Of a stretch of 64,000 nt of DNA, positions 29,641-39,136 are shown piece after piece. Below the pieces are notes generated by a model. It made no database searches. It was not told the DNA's origin and saw nothing but the letters and a program-made list of their open reading frames with translations. The translations under genes were made by a program, and so were the position numbers. The DNA is taken from assembly GCA_963745835.1 (NCBI GenBank), contig CAVUZH010000014.1:224001-288000 (forward strand), in the 5' to 3' direction. The stretch comes from an uncultured delta proteobacterium (lineage in GTDB: Bacteria; Desulfobacterota; Binatia; UBA9968). Position 1 is the first letter of the stretch, and each line of letters starts with the position of its first letter.

Positions 29641-30618
29641 TTATTTCTTCTTCAACTCTTTCAATGCATCGTAGAGGTAGCTCTGGTCGATGTATTTGGC
29701 GTAATCAGATGGCCCCTTTGCTCCAGTCTGCTCCGCGTAAATCCGCAGATTGTATTTCATGCCTTCAAGATTAAGGTCACCGTCCGGATGCCAAATACGA
29801 TTCTGCGTGTAGTATTCCCACCCGCGCGCAGCATGGTTTGGCTTCAGTTGCATTTCGCGCGTGAGGAAATCGATGGCCGGTTCTTTGTTGTCGTACAGCC
29901 AACGATTGGCTTGCGCCATGCCCTTCATGAAGCGCACCATTGAGGAGCGGTTCTTTTCCGCCCAAGATCGCTTGGATGCGATTACAGTCAATTGGAAGTC
30001 CGGCACAGCATCGATTAGCCTGCCGATCACATTGAAACCTGCTTCCTCTGCCAAATAGTTAAGCGGAATCGCTACCGTGGTGGCGGCGATCTGGCCTGCT
30101 TGTAATGCCGCGAGATTGGCCGAAGAGCCGCCGGCAACCACAAGTATCTTATAATCTCTCGGGTACTCGAGTCCTTTGACCTTGAGCGCTTGCTTAAATG
30201 CCGTGACCGTGCCGCTGGTCAACGAAGAGGCGCCTAAAGTGGCGCCGCGCAGGTCCTGATACGTTTTGTAGTTTTTGCCTCCGACAATGTAATGCGTCAG
30301 CCCGTTGATGATGCCGCCAATAATCACCAAATCCAAGCCGCGCTCCGAGGCTTCGATAAACGCTTCCGGGCTGCCCGAACCGACATTGAGTGAAGCCCCG
30401 GCCAAAGCTTGAACTGTCATCGGCGTGCCGCGAAGAAGGAGAAGCTGCACGTCCAAACCTTGTTGCTCAAAAAAGCCCTTTTTCGCCGCCACCCAAAGCG
30501 GGCTGTAGCCTAGAGTTTTACTCGAGGCGCCGAGATAAAAGCGCAGCTTCTCCTGCGCCACTGCGGGAGAGACAACAAAGCCGGTTAACAGAACAGCAAC
30601 AACGATTCTAAGCAACAC
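29641..30618 (-). CDS. SsuA/NMT1-type solute-binding protein (paralog of 35705-36685)
   Basis: YLGASSKTLGYSPLWVA.KKGFFEQQGLDV; GTG start after AGGAG. Confidence 0.88.
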   Translation of the reverse strand: MLLRIVVAVLLTGFVVSPAVAQEKLRFYLGASSKTLGYSPLWVAAKKGFFEQQGLDVQLLLLRGTPMTVQALAGASLNVGSGSPEAFIEASERGLDLVIIGGIINGLTHYIVGGKNYKTYQDLRGATLGASSLTSGTVTAFKQALKVKGLEYPRDYKILVVAGGSSANLAALQAGQIAATTVAIPLNYLAEEAGFNVIGRLIDAVPDFQLTVIASKRSWAEKNRSSMVRFMKGMAQANRWLYDNKEPAIDFLTREMQLKPNHAARGWEYYTQNRIWHPDGDLNLEGMKYNLRIYAEQTGAKGPSDYAKYIDQSYLYDALKELKKK

Positions 30619-30748
30619 GATCACACTCCTACCCTTTCTCATATTCTTCGAACCGGTGACGTGCAGATCCGCCATTGGACTGTTCTCTATGGAGAGTTCT
30701 TGCCAGCTTGTTCTGTAAGATCTGCGTTTCGAGGATGCCGCTTGTCAA

Positions 30749-31852
30749 TCAAGGATGGACCGTCTCTAAAAACCAGTCGGTGGGAATCTCGTGACCCGCG
30801 CCCTCTTTCTTTGCCTCGGCCAAAACCGCGGCGCCGACGGCGGCAAACTGCAGACCGATACCGATATTGTTGAGGAAGCAAGTGGACTCTTGCGCATTTT
30901 CACGGCCTTGAGCTCGTCCAATGACGAGATCTCTTAATTCCGGTGAGGCTAACCAGAATGGATGTTCGACCTTTGTTTCGCGAGCTTGCGCCGGTCCCTT
31001 GCGAATGATGTCGATGGCATCGTGCGATTCAATGCCCTGGTCGCCAAATCCGGCAATGTAATTTTCTGGGGCATGCTGGCGCGAATGAATTACCAGGCGA
31101 TCTATCTTCTGGATCGTTTCGTCGCCCAATTCGGGAACCCGCACACAGGTCAGGTGAATGCCCGGCCTTACCCATTCAGGATTGATAACCCGGGTCAAGG
31201 AGTTGGTCGTCGCCGCAATAATATCCGCATCCCGAACCGCCTCTTCGGCGCTGTCCACTGGACGAACCTCAGCCCTCACCTTCTGGGCCATTTCTTTTAC
31301 GAATGCTTCTCGATTGGTCTTGGTCGGGCTAAAAACATTGACTCTTTTGATGCTTCGCACCGCGCACATTGCCGGCAGATGGCTGCCGGCTTGCCAGCCG
31401 GAACCAAAAATAGCCAACGTGCTCGCATCTTGACGCGCCAGATAGCGCGCCGCCAAAGCGCTGCTCGATGCCACACGCATTCGCTGAACCACGCCGTCGG
31501 GAAAAATGGCGAGCGGCTCGCCGGTTAGAGTAGAAAATAACATCACCAGCCCGACATACTTGTCCCCGGGCGCCGCGGGCACTTTGGTTTTGATCACTCG
31601 ACTGCCCTGCTGCTGCCAGCGGATGATGTCGGAATTGATGCGCATCGCCACGATAGGCGGATCATAAAGCCCCGCTTCCATCGATTTAAAAGCGTAAACA
31701 CCGCTGCCGTTCGATGAAGGCATGACCAAATCGGTGCGCGGCCGGTTTATCGCCTTGCCCTCGTCCCAACTGGCATAGGCTTTCTCCAACGCATTGATGC
31801 ACTTATCGATCGAGAGAAATGATTCGATTTCTTCGTTGCTTAAAATTAGCAT
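30749..31852 (-). CDS. ornithine cyclodeaminase/mu-crystallin family
   Basis: TGEPLA, R.A.SSALAARYLA, G.G.QA, GIGLQFAA. Confidence 0.88.
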   Translation of the reverse strand: MLILSNEEIESFLSIDKCINALEKAYASWDEGKAINRPRTDLVMPSSNGSGVYAFKSMEAGLYDPPIVAMRINSDIIRWQQQGSRVIKTKVPAAPGDKYVGLVMLFSTLTGEPLAIFPDGVVQRMRVASSSALAARYLARQDASTLAIFGSGWQAGSHLPAMCAVRSIKRVNVFSPTKTNREAFVKEMAQKVRAEVRPVDSAEEAVRDADIIAATTNSLTRVINPEWVRPGIHLTCVRVPELGDETIQKIDRLVIHSRQHAPENYIAGFGDQGIESHDAIDIIRKGPAQARETKVEHPFWLASPELRDLVIGRAQGRENAQESTCFLNNIGIGLQFAAVGAAVLAEAKKEGAGHEIPTDWFLETVHP

Positions 31853-32002
31853 GCTTGCTGGCATATCAATGCGATGGAAAGAGGTCAAGCAAGGCATGCG
31901 TTAAGCAGGTGCAACGGAGCTGGTAAGGTAGTCTGAGATCACAGCGGACGACTGCCGCTGCGACAAAGGCCTGCTTCAGCGCAAAAGGTGAAATCATTCG
32001 TT

Positions 32003-32914
32003 CTACATGGAATCGTTGGTGGCTGGGTCACTGAGCGGCCGAACAAAAACAGTCATACCGTCGGCATCGATTATTTCCACTGCGATTCCCGTTTGAATTG
32101 GCAGATCGCGCGGGATGGCAACGGCGCGCCAGAGCTCACCGCGAACGCGAATCAAACCTTCCGGCGCGAGATGACTCTCGGCCACGCCCTTACAGCCTAT
32201 AAGCGTCTTTGAGCCTGTCCGAATGGAAACCTGGTAGACGCTTCTGAGCCATGGATAGAGAATCCAATCTTTCAGCATCCAGGCAACGAAACAAATCACC
32301 GCACCTGAAAACGATATCATTTGGTAATGTCGAAGGAGCAGCAACACCAGGGCCGCCATGCACCACCCCGGAACTTGAAATAGTAAGTATCTAAACCAGG
32401 TAGGCATCGCCGGCGGACTACTCCTTGAATCCGGCGATTCGGGAGGGCGTTCTGGGCGAATACGACTTAGTTCGAACACCGGATAACGCGCGGCGATAGG
32501 CTCAAACGTCGCCAGCGGCGAATCGAAGGGCAGCGGAAAAAAGCGCCAAGCCATCCACTTGAATCGACTCAAATAAGATTGCAATACGGCAGGCTTTTCG
32601 TTGTCCGGGACTACTCGCAAGGAAAACTCCATTCGTAGTCTTCCTCGCGTTAACAATATATTTCGGCTCGCGCGGGCGTTACGCGCCCATTGCGTATTTC
32701 CGCGGGTGGCGACTAAAAACAACTTACCGTTGCTCTGCAGAAGATTCACAGGTACCGAGCGCGTCTCGCCCGTTCTCCGGCCGGGTACGGACAATAAAAA
32801 ACTGTAAGGCATGCTCAATCCACGCTTCGTCAGTGAGCCGTAGACCCGATTTATCGCGCGGGCGATCGATCCGGGACGAATGAAATGCGGCGGGGTTACT
32901 CGTGTTTGGGCCAT
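32003..32914 (-). CDS. fusion of deazaflavin(F420)-dependent nitroreductase-like domain and NfeD-like membrane/OB domain
   Basis: GRRTGETRSVPV, W.RNARA and YPVFEL (DDN-like); Pro/Ser linker; 2 TMs + LIG..GV....L.PEG.IRVRGELW.A (NfeD-C). Confidence 0.75.
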   Translation of the reverse strand: MAQTRVTPPHFIRPGSIARAINRVYGSLTKRGLSMPYSFLLSVPGRRTGETRSVPVNLLQSNGKLFLVATRGNTQWARNARASRNILLTRGRLRMEFSLRVVPDNEKPAVLQSYLSRFKWMAWRFFPLPFDSPLATFEPIAARYPVFELSRIRPERPPESPDSRSSPPAMPTWFRYLLFQVPGWCMAALVLLLLRHYQMISFSGAVICFVAWMLKDWILYPWLRSVYQVSIRTGSKTLIGCKGVAESHLAPEGLIRVRGELWRAVAIPRDLPIQTGIAVEIIDADGMTVFVRPLSDPATNDSM

Positions 32915-32954
32915 CTCTGCCGGTTGCCGCAGGCAATCACCGAACTGCGTTCGT

Positions 32955-33437
32955 TTATAACGCGAGGCGAACTCTAATGGCGCCGACGATTTCGCCGGGC
33001 CTCATGCCGGCGTCAATCTGCAGCGCAGCCTCGGGTTCCTCGAGCGTCTGAAATTGACTTCGAACCAAAGCCGGATTCATGAAGTGCCCGGTGCGGTGCT
33101 TCAAGCGATTTTCGATCAATTCGGGATTTGCTTCTAGGTGTATCAAAATCACCTCCGGGCTGATTCGAAGCATTCGCCGGTACGACTCCTTCAGGGCGGA
33201 ACACGCTATGACCGCATTCTCGCCTCGATCGATTGCCGCACGAATAGTATCCCTGATTGCTAGAAGCCAAGGGAGACGATCCTGGTCATCGAGCGGCTCG
33301 CCCCGTCTTAGTTTTTCTATATTAACCAGCGGATGAAAATCGTCGCCCTCGTAAAACTTCCAATGCAGCTCGGCGGCCAATAGCTTTCCTATGGTAGTTT
33401 TGCCGGAGCCGGTTACACCCGTGATCACAATTATCAT
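32955..33437 (-). CDS. gntK: gluconokinase
   Basis: GVTGSGKTT, EGDDFHP..N, PL.D.DR.PWL, CSALK..YR, HFM..L..SQF.TLE. Confidence 0.9.
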   Translation of the reverse strand: MIIVITGVTGSGKTTIGKLLAAELHWKFYEGDDFHPLVNIEKLRRGEPLDDQDRLPWLLAIRDTIRAAIDRGENAVIACSALKESYRRMLRISPEVILIHLEANPELIENRLKHRTGHFMNPALVRSQFQTLEEPEAALQIDAGMRPGEIVGAIRVRLAL

Positions 33438-33607
33438 GTCGATCCGATCGTAGCATCTGGTGATGGACCGAGACAATTCGAAATGGCAGGGACGGATCAG
33501 TGACACCGATCCTTGTCAGGGACGTGCGGAATAGTAGATTTTTCTAGTCGCTGTTTTGTGGAAGCGATGGCGATTTGTTTGATAGACGCGGCAGAAGAAT
33601 ATCAATG

Positions 33608-33638
33608 TGCAGAGGCCGGGCTAAACCCGGCCTCTGCA
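33608..33638 (-). terminator. hairpin terminator
   Basis: TGCAGAGGCCGGG-CTAAA-CCCGGCCTCTGCA perfect stem downstream of the 33696-34196 gene. Confidence 0.7.
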
Positions 33639-33695
33639 TGCAAGCGAGCATTGCGCGAACGCAACGTTTAACCATCTATACCTACATCCCGGTGT

Positions 33696-34196
33696 TTACC
33701 GGCTAGGCGATTTATCCGTGGAACTCCCCGCCCCACTACCGGTTGATCCTGATGACCCCGATGAGCCCGTCGCTCCCGATGAACCGCGCGACCCGCTCGC
33801 ACCTGACCCGCTGGAAGACTTACTGCTCACGCCCAAAGCCTGGGCGGTCTTTTCATCAACAGTTCCAGTCATGGTCAAGCCTTCTTTCTTTTGAAAAGCG
33901 CGAATAGCCTCACGCGTTTTATCATCCATCACACCCGAGGTTCCCGCATCGTGACCTTTCGCCTTTAAGGCTTGCTGTACCTGCTTGATCTCTGAAGATG
34001 ACATTCCTTCTGTGCCTTTCGGGACCTCCCTTCCACTGGGAGGTAACTGCTGTTCGCGACCCGGTGTGGTCGGAGTGCGCTCAAGATTCGGCGGTACGCT
34101 TTTTTCCCCGGGCGCACTCTGCGAGAATACCGGTGTTGCAGCCAACCCGACCCCAAAAATTACCGCTGCTGTTAACGCTGATTTTTTCTTTCCCAT
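33696..34196 (-). CDS. secreted peptidoglycan-binding-domain protein with Ser/Gly tail
   Basis: signal peptide; IKQVQQAL..KG..G.MD.KT.EAIRAFQKKEGL..TG.VD..T..AL (PG_binding_1). Confidence 0.85.
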   Translation of the reverse strand: MGKKKSALTAAVIFGVGLAATPVFSQSAPGEKSVPPNLERTPTTPGREQQLPPSGREVPKGTEGMSSSEIKQVQQALKAKGHDAGTSGVMDDKTREAIRAFQKKEGLTMTGTVDEKTAQALGVSSKSSSGSGASGSRGSSGATGSSGSSGSTGSGAGSSTDKSPSR

Positions 34197-34255
34197 TATC
34201 TATTTCCTCCTTTTTACGTGAACAATTTCCAGAACGTTGCGCCCACCCTAGAAAA

Positions 34256-34271
34256 CGCAACCGCTATGCCA
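34256..34271 (-). promoter_or_regulatory. sigma54 promoter
   Basis: minus strand TGGCATAGCGGTTGCG (GG-N10-GC), 60 bp upstream of 34196. Confidence 0.65.
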
Positions 34272-34623
34272 GTGACCCGCATGGGGCACAGCTGAAACGA
34301 TGCTAGATCGGAAACCTACTCCTTGCGGTGATCTCTCGATTTCTCGCGCGGTTAAAGGGTCTCCGCTGCACGCCGCCGGTGCTAGAGGTGGGACAGATGC
34401 TAGGAAGGATTTCACAATCGAGACAGCCGGGCGCTCGTTGCGATGCTAAATCGAGACATGACTCCAGTTAGGATGTCGCGTATTTCATGCACCGCTGGAT
34501 GAAGGCGGATTCATCCGGCGCTTTCTCTCACGTAATATAATTCGGGGTTACTCTACCGGGCACAATCTTCAAACGACTTGCTATGGCTGATAAAGTATCG
34601 GCTAAATATCTCCGTGCATAAAG

Positions 34624-35268
34624 ATGATAACGAGCATTATCTTTGATCTCGATGGACTCTTGGCCGATACTGAGCGCCTTCACTGTATGGCATATCAGGA
34701 GGCCCTACACGCTCACGGCGCCGCCGTCAGCGATCATGAATATGCCGAGCACTGGGTTCGCAGCGGCAGAGGAATCACCGAATGGATTAGCGAACGCGGG
34801 TTAACTTTGGATCCGATTGCGCTGCGCGCCCATAAGTCCCGCTGCTATTTGGATCTGCTGAGATCGGAGCTGCGCCCGATGGAAGGCGCGCTGGCGCTCT
34901 TAGAGCAATTGTATAGCCGAAAAAAACTGGCGCTCGCCTCATCTTCTTATCCGGATGCGGTAGAGGGTGTCTTGGCCGGTCTCGGTATCGCTCATTATTT
35001 CCAGGTAATCGTCACCGGCTTGGATGTGGCGCAGGTCAAACCAGCGCCGGATATATTCCTGGCCGCGGCCCAACGGCTTGGCGCGGCACCGTCGCAATGC
35101 CTGGTTTTGGAAGACGCCGAGAAAGGCGTAATCGCGGCAAGCCTCGCCGGCATCCGCTGCATCGCCATACCGAACCATCATACCCGCCATCATGATTTCT
35201 CGAAAGCGACTCGGGTCTGCAGTTCTCTAAAGGAAATCACTTTGGAATTGCTGGATGCACTGGAGTGA
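34624..35268 (+). CDS. HAD family phosphatase (beta-PGM/YqaB-like)
   Basis: FDLDGLLADTE, ASSS, KPAPD, LEDA..G. Confidence 0.9.
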   Translation: MITSIIFDLDGLLADTERLHCMAYQEALHAHGAAVSDHEYAEHWVRSGRGITEWISERGLTLDPIALRAHKSRCYLDLLRSELRPMEGALALLEQLYSRKKLALASSSYPDAVEGVLAGLGIAHYFQVIVTGLDVAQVKPAPDIFLAAAQRLGAAPSQCLVLEDAEKGVIAASLAGIRCIAIPNHHTRHHDFSKATRVCSSLKEITLELLDALE

Positions 35269-35284
35269 TTCGCTGGCTGCATGC

Positions 35285-35659
35285 GCGGTCATTATCCGGA
35301 CGGAGATCTATGATCGATCGCCCTTGAACGCTGGAGCCATGAGATAGTGACACTGCTCGGCGATGCACCGCACCCAATGACCCCGGATCTCGATCAAGGA
35401 GCGTGTCAGGCTCTCGAAGATGCGCCGTCCTGACCCGCTGCTTGAGAAAGCCAGCGATCCTGTTTCGGCGCTGCGCAACTACGAAAGCCGTCGCATTCGG
35501 CGCGCCAATAGTTTCGTGCGGGCATCCCGAATCTTCGGAAGAATGTTTCAGTTGAAAGGGGATCTCGCCTGCCGAGCGCGGGATCGGGTCCTCGAATCCG
35601 CGCTCTATCACCGCCTTCAGCTAAACGCCTTGCGACGCTTGGCTGAATTTGCTCCGTAG
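35285..35659 (+). pseudogene. C-terminal relic of an FAD-dependent monooxygenase
   Basis: TLLGDAPHPMTPDLDQGACQALEDA, frameshift, then ..ALRNYESRR..RA; no N-terminal GxGxxG region. Confidence 0.7.
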
Positions 35660-35704
35660 CGTTCACTGCGATGCTGAGTAGATAAAGAACAAACAACTGA
35701 ACGA

Positions 35705-36685
35705 TCACTGCTTGGGTAATTCTCTCAGTGCCTCGGATAAGTAGCTTTGATCGACGAACTTGGCGGGATCGGGCAACGGCCCTTTCATGCCAGTTTGGTC
35801 GGCATAGATACGGATGTTGTATTTCATTCCTTCGAGCGTGACCGCGCCATCGGCCGGCCAGAGATGATTCTGCGTATAGAACTCCCATCCTTTGCGCGCG
35901 TGAGTCGGTTTGAGCTGAATTTCTCGCGACAAAAACTCGATGGCCGGTTCCTTATTGTCATGCAGCCAGCGCAGCGCCTGAACAACCCCCTTCATGAAGC
36001 GCACCATAACCGGCCGATTCTTTTCCGCCCACGAGCGTCTGGTTGCGATAACGTTAGTTTGGAAATTGGGAACACCATCGATGATCCGACCGATGATATT
36101 GAAACCTGCCTCCTCCGCTGCATAATTCAGCGGCACGGCGACGGTTGTGGCGGCGATCTGCCCGGACTGCAGTGCGGCCAGGTTGGCGGAAGAGCCTCCG
36201 GCAACGATTAGCAACTTATAATCACGCGGATACTCAAGCCCCTTGACCTTCAATGCTTCGCGCAACGCGGTGATGGTGCCGCCGGTTAAAGACGCCGTGC
36301 CGAAGGTCGCGCCGCGTAAATCTTCGTAGCTTTTGTAGTTCTTGCCGGCAATGATGAATTGAGCGGTCCCGTTGATGACACCCCCGGTAATGACAAAATC
36401 GAGACCGCGCTCGGCTGCTTCAATATAAGGCTCCGGTCCTCCCGAGCCAAAATGCAACGAACCTGCCGCCAGGGCCTGGACTGTCATCGGCATTCCGCGC
36501 AAGAGAACCAGTTGAACATCGAGGCCCTGCTGCTCAAAGAAACCTTTCTTGGTGGCGACCCAGAGAGGACTATAGCCCAGCGTCTTGCTCGATGCGCCAA
36601 GATAGATTTTGGCTTTCTCTTGAGCCACCGCTGTCGAGGCCGTCAGCATGATCGCCAGCAGCGCGATACCAAGGTGGATTACCAT
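35705..36685 (-). CDS. SsuA/NMT1-type solute-binding protein (paralog of 29641-30618)
   Basis: signal peptide; many identical blocks with the 29641 protein. Confidence 0.9.
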   Translation of the reverse strand: MVIHLGIALLAIMLTASTAVAQEKAKIYLGASSKTLGYSPLWVATKKGFFEQQGLDVQLVLLRGMPMTVQALAAGSLHFGSGGPEPYIEAAERGLDFVITGGVINGTAQFIIAGKNYKSYEDLRGATFGTASLTGGTITALREALKVKGLEYPRDYKLLIVAGGSSANLAALQSGQIAATTVAVPLNYAAEEAGFNIIGRIIDGVPNFQTNVIATRRSWAEKNRPVMVRFMKGVVQALRWLHDNKEPAIEFLSREIQLKPTHARKGWEFYTQNHLWPADGAVTLEGMKYNIRIYADQTGMKGPLPDPAKFVDQSYLSEALRELPKQ

Positions 36686-36947
36686 GCAACCTCAATTCAG
36701 GAGTTATCTCCCTGAGCATCCGAGCCATTGGCTCAAACTTGATCCAAACCATTCCCCGTTTACAACGAACGGTAGGGTCAGAGCAAGTTGCGGGGCGATG
36801 GTGTTAACAGTAGAGCTCGATTCTTGACTCGCATGCTCGGCGTCGAATAGGTTAGCTTATTCACAAATGTTAGGGCATTTAAGCAAGCGCGCATATCGAT
36901 GACGGATTTTTATAACGGCTAGCGCGTTTTGTCAGTGCTCCGGAGGA

Positions 36948-37811
36948 ATGATTATGACAAATAAAACTGTTGCGCTGCTTCATCCCGGCAATATGGGAAC
37001 GACGATCGGCGTGGCTGCAGCGACCAGCGGAGCTCGCATGATCTGGGTCTCAGAAAGGCGCAGCAAGGCCAGCCAGGATCGCGCGCGGGAGTCGCGGTTG
37101 CGGGACGTCAAAACCTTAACCAATGCAGTCAATGAAAGCGATATCATTCTTTCCGTCTGCCCGCCGGATGCCGCTCTCGACCTCGCCCGCGAGGTCGCGC
37201 AACACCGGTTCAAAGGGATCTATGTTGACGCTAACGCGGTTTCTCGAGCTACCGCTCAGCAGATCTGTGAAATCGTCACTAGAGCCGGCGCCAATTTCGT
37301 TGATGGAGGGATCATCGGTTCACCGGTCAAACGGCCGGGAACAACGCGGATGTATCTGTCCGGTGAGCATGCACCCGAAATCGCCGCGCTCTTTGCTGAT
37401 AGCATGCTGGACGCAAAGACCATCGGCGCTGAGCCGGGCGAGGCTTCCGCTTTGAAAGTCGCTTATGCCGCCTGGACAAAATGCACGGATGCGCTGCTTC
37501 TGGCGATCCGAACTTTTGCGGCGTCCGAGGGGGTGGACCGGGCGCTGCTCCAGGAATGGGCCATCTCGCAACCCGACCTCGAGCGGCGTAGCGAGCGAGC
37601 CGCCGCAGTAGCAACCCCGAAGGCATGGCGCTACGTCGGTGAGATGAAAGAAATCGCCGCAACCTTCGAAGCCGCCGGCCTGCCTACGGGCTTTCACAAC
37701 GCCGCCGCTGAGCTCTGGGAGCGACTCGCGCCGTTCAAAGATCAGACCGAGCCGCTTCCGGCAATCGCGGACGTGATCGACAGCTTGCGAGCCAACGGCA
37801 AACAAAAATAA
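36948..37811 (+). CDS. NAD(P)-dependent oxidoreductase, 6PGDH/3-hydroxyisobutyrate DH-like with DUF1932
   Basis: HPGNMG, DANAVS, VDGGIIG.P, ASALK, KAWRYVGEM.EIA. Confidence 0.85.
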   Translation: MIMTNKTVALLHPGNMGTTIGVAAATSGARMIWVSERRSKASQDRARESRLRDVKTLTNAVNESDIILSVCPPDAALDLAREVAQHRFKGIYVDANAVSRATAQQICEIVTRAGANFVDGGIIGSPVKRPGTTRMYLSGEHAPEIAALFADSMLDAKTIGAEPGEASALKVAYAAWTKCTDALLLAIRTFAASEGVDRALLQEWAISQPDLERRSERAAAVATPKAWRYVGEMKEIAATFEAAGLPTGFHNAAAELWERLAPFKDQTEPLPAIADVIDSLRANGKQK

Positions 37812-37961
37812 ACAATCCTTGGCTAGCCCAGTCAGCGTTGGCACTTGGCAACCGTTGAAAGGTTGTTGACGAGCTTTAGCTCACACGGTAGTGTGCGGCA
37901 GTTTTTTGACGTACCTTCTCATTTCGAAGACGCTGGCGCGACATCAACATGGAGGTCGACA

Positions 37962-38981
37962 ATGAATCGTAGACGCAATTATCCCATTTCAGCGTTTGTA
38001 AGCCTTTCGCTGGGCGCGCTTCTCCTGTTGGGAACGGCTCACGCGCAAGAGAGCCTAGATCAATTACACAAAAAGGCGCTCCAGGAAGGCGGCTCGCTTA
38101 CCTTCTATGGGACGTTGGCGCAAATCAATGCCGAGAAGGTTCTTCCAGCATTTGAAAAGCGCTTCCCGGGTTTGAAGGTTAACCACGTTGACGCCACTGC
38201 CGACAAGCTGATCGCCCGGGCGATTACTGAAGCACGCGGCGGGAAAACTTTTGTCGATGTCTTCCAGCTGAATTTGGAGAACTTAGGGCAAGCCAACGAT
38301 CAGGGCTTGCTCGCAGATCGATTACCGCCTGAAGCGGCGGCTTATCCCGCCAACTTAAAAGGATCCTACTACGTAGCTACAGATCTCCAATTCATCATCG
38401 CAGCATGGAATATCAATCTGGTAAAAAAGGACGAAGAACCGAAACAATTTGAAGACTTCGTCGATGCGCGATGGAAAGGCCGCCTGATTGCCGAACCGCG
38501 GGATGTCGAGCTTCTCGTTGGTCTCAAGCAGAAATACGGCAGCGAAGAAAAGGCGATCGCTATTCTCAAACAGATCGCGGTGAACAACGTCGAGTTTCAT
38601 AAGGGCCATTCGGAGCTCGCCGAATTTCTTGTCGCCGGCCAAGGCGCACTGTGTGTCACCTGCTATGCTCATCATTTCCCAACCAGGATGAAGCGGGGAG
38701 CGCCTGTGAATTTCATGCTTACCGAAGGCATGGGAAATGTCATTGCAGTGGCGATGGCGAAGAATGCGCCGCATCCAAGTACGGCGTTGCTATGGTACCG
38801 CTGGGTCCTCACTGAGGAAGGACAAAAAGCCATGGCCCTGGGCGGCCGCATACCCGCACATCCGAAAGTCGAACCTACCGACAAGGTGCGACCTGAAAAG
38901 ATTTATCCCTTGACGGTTGCCGACTACAAGGAGTTCCCGAGGTACAACAAACTTTGGAAGGAAATCTTCAAGCTTCGCTAG
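37962..38981 (+). CDS. ABC extracellular solute-binding protein (Fe/thiamine/polyamine cluster)
   Basis: signal; A..EG.L.FY, FEKRFPG, WN.NLV, APHP..A.L. Confidence 0.85.
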   Translation: MNRRRNYPISAFVSLSLGALLLLGTAHAQESLDQLHKKALQEGGSLTFYGTLAQINAEKVLPAFEKRFPGLKVNHVDATADKLIARAITEARGGKTFVDVFQLNLENLGQANDQGLLADRLPPEAAAYPANLKGSYYVATDLQFIIAAWNINLVKKDEEPKQFEDFVDARWKGRLIAEPRDVELLVGLKQKYGSEEKAIAILKQIAVNNVEFHKGHSELAEFLVAGQGALCVTCYAHHFPTRMKRGAPVNFMLTEGMGNVIAVAMAKNAPHPSTALLWYRWVLTEEGQKAMALGGRIPAHPKVEPTDKVRPEKIYPLTVADYKEFPRYNKLWKEIFKLR

Positions 38982-39136
38982 ATTGATAACGCGGCCGGTA
39001 TGAGAGCTGCGGTCCGTGGGCATAGACCAGGGCTGAGAGCGAACAAGGCAGCATGATCTTTCGGATAACGTTGCCGATCGTTTCGCTGCTTTCTGCTCAG
39101 TCCGACTTAATCGAACCGTTCAAGGAGTAGCTGCGT

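Noticed and set aside
31860-31874. TGGCATATCAATGC as a sigma54 promoter
   Set aside because: GG-GC spacing is 9 rather than 10, and there is no downstream plus-strand gene.
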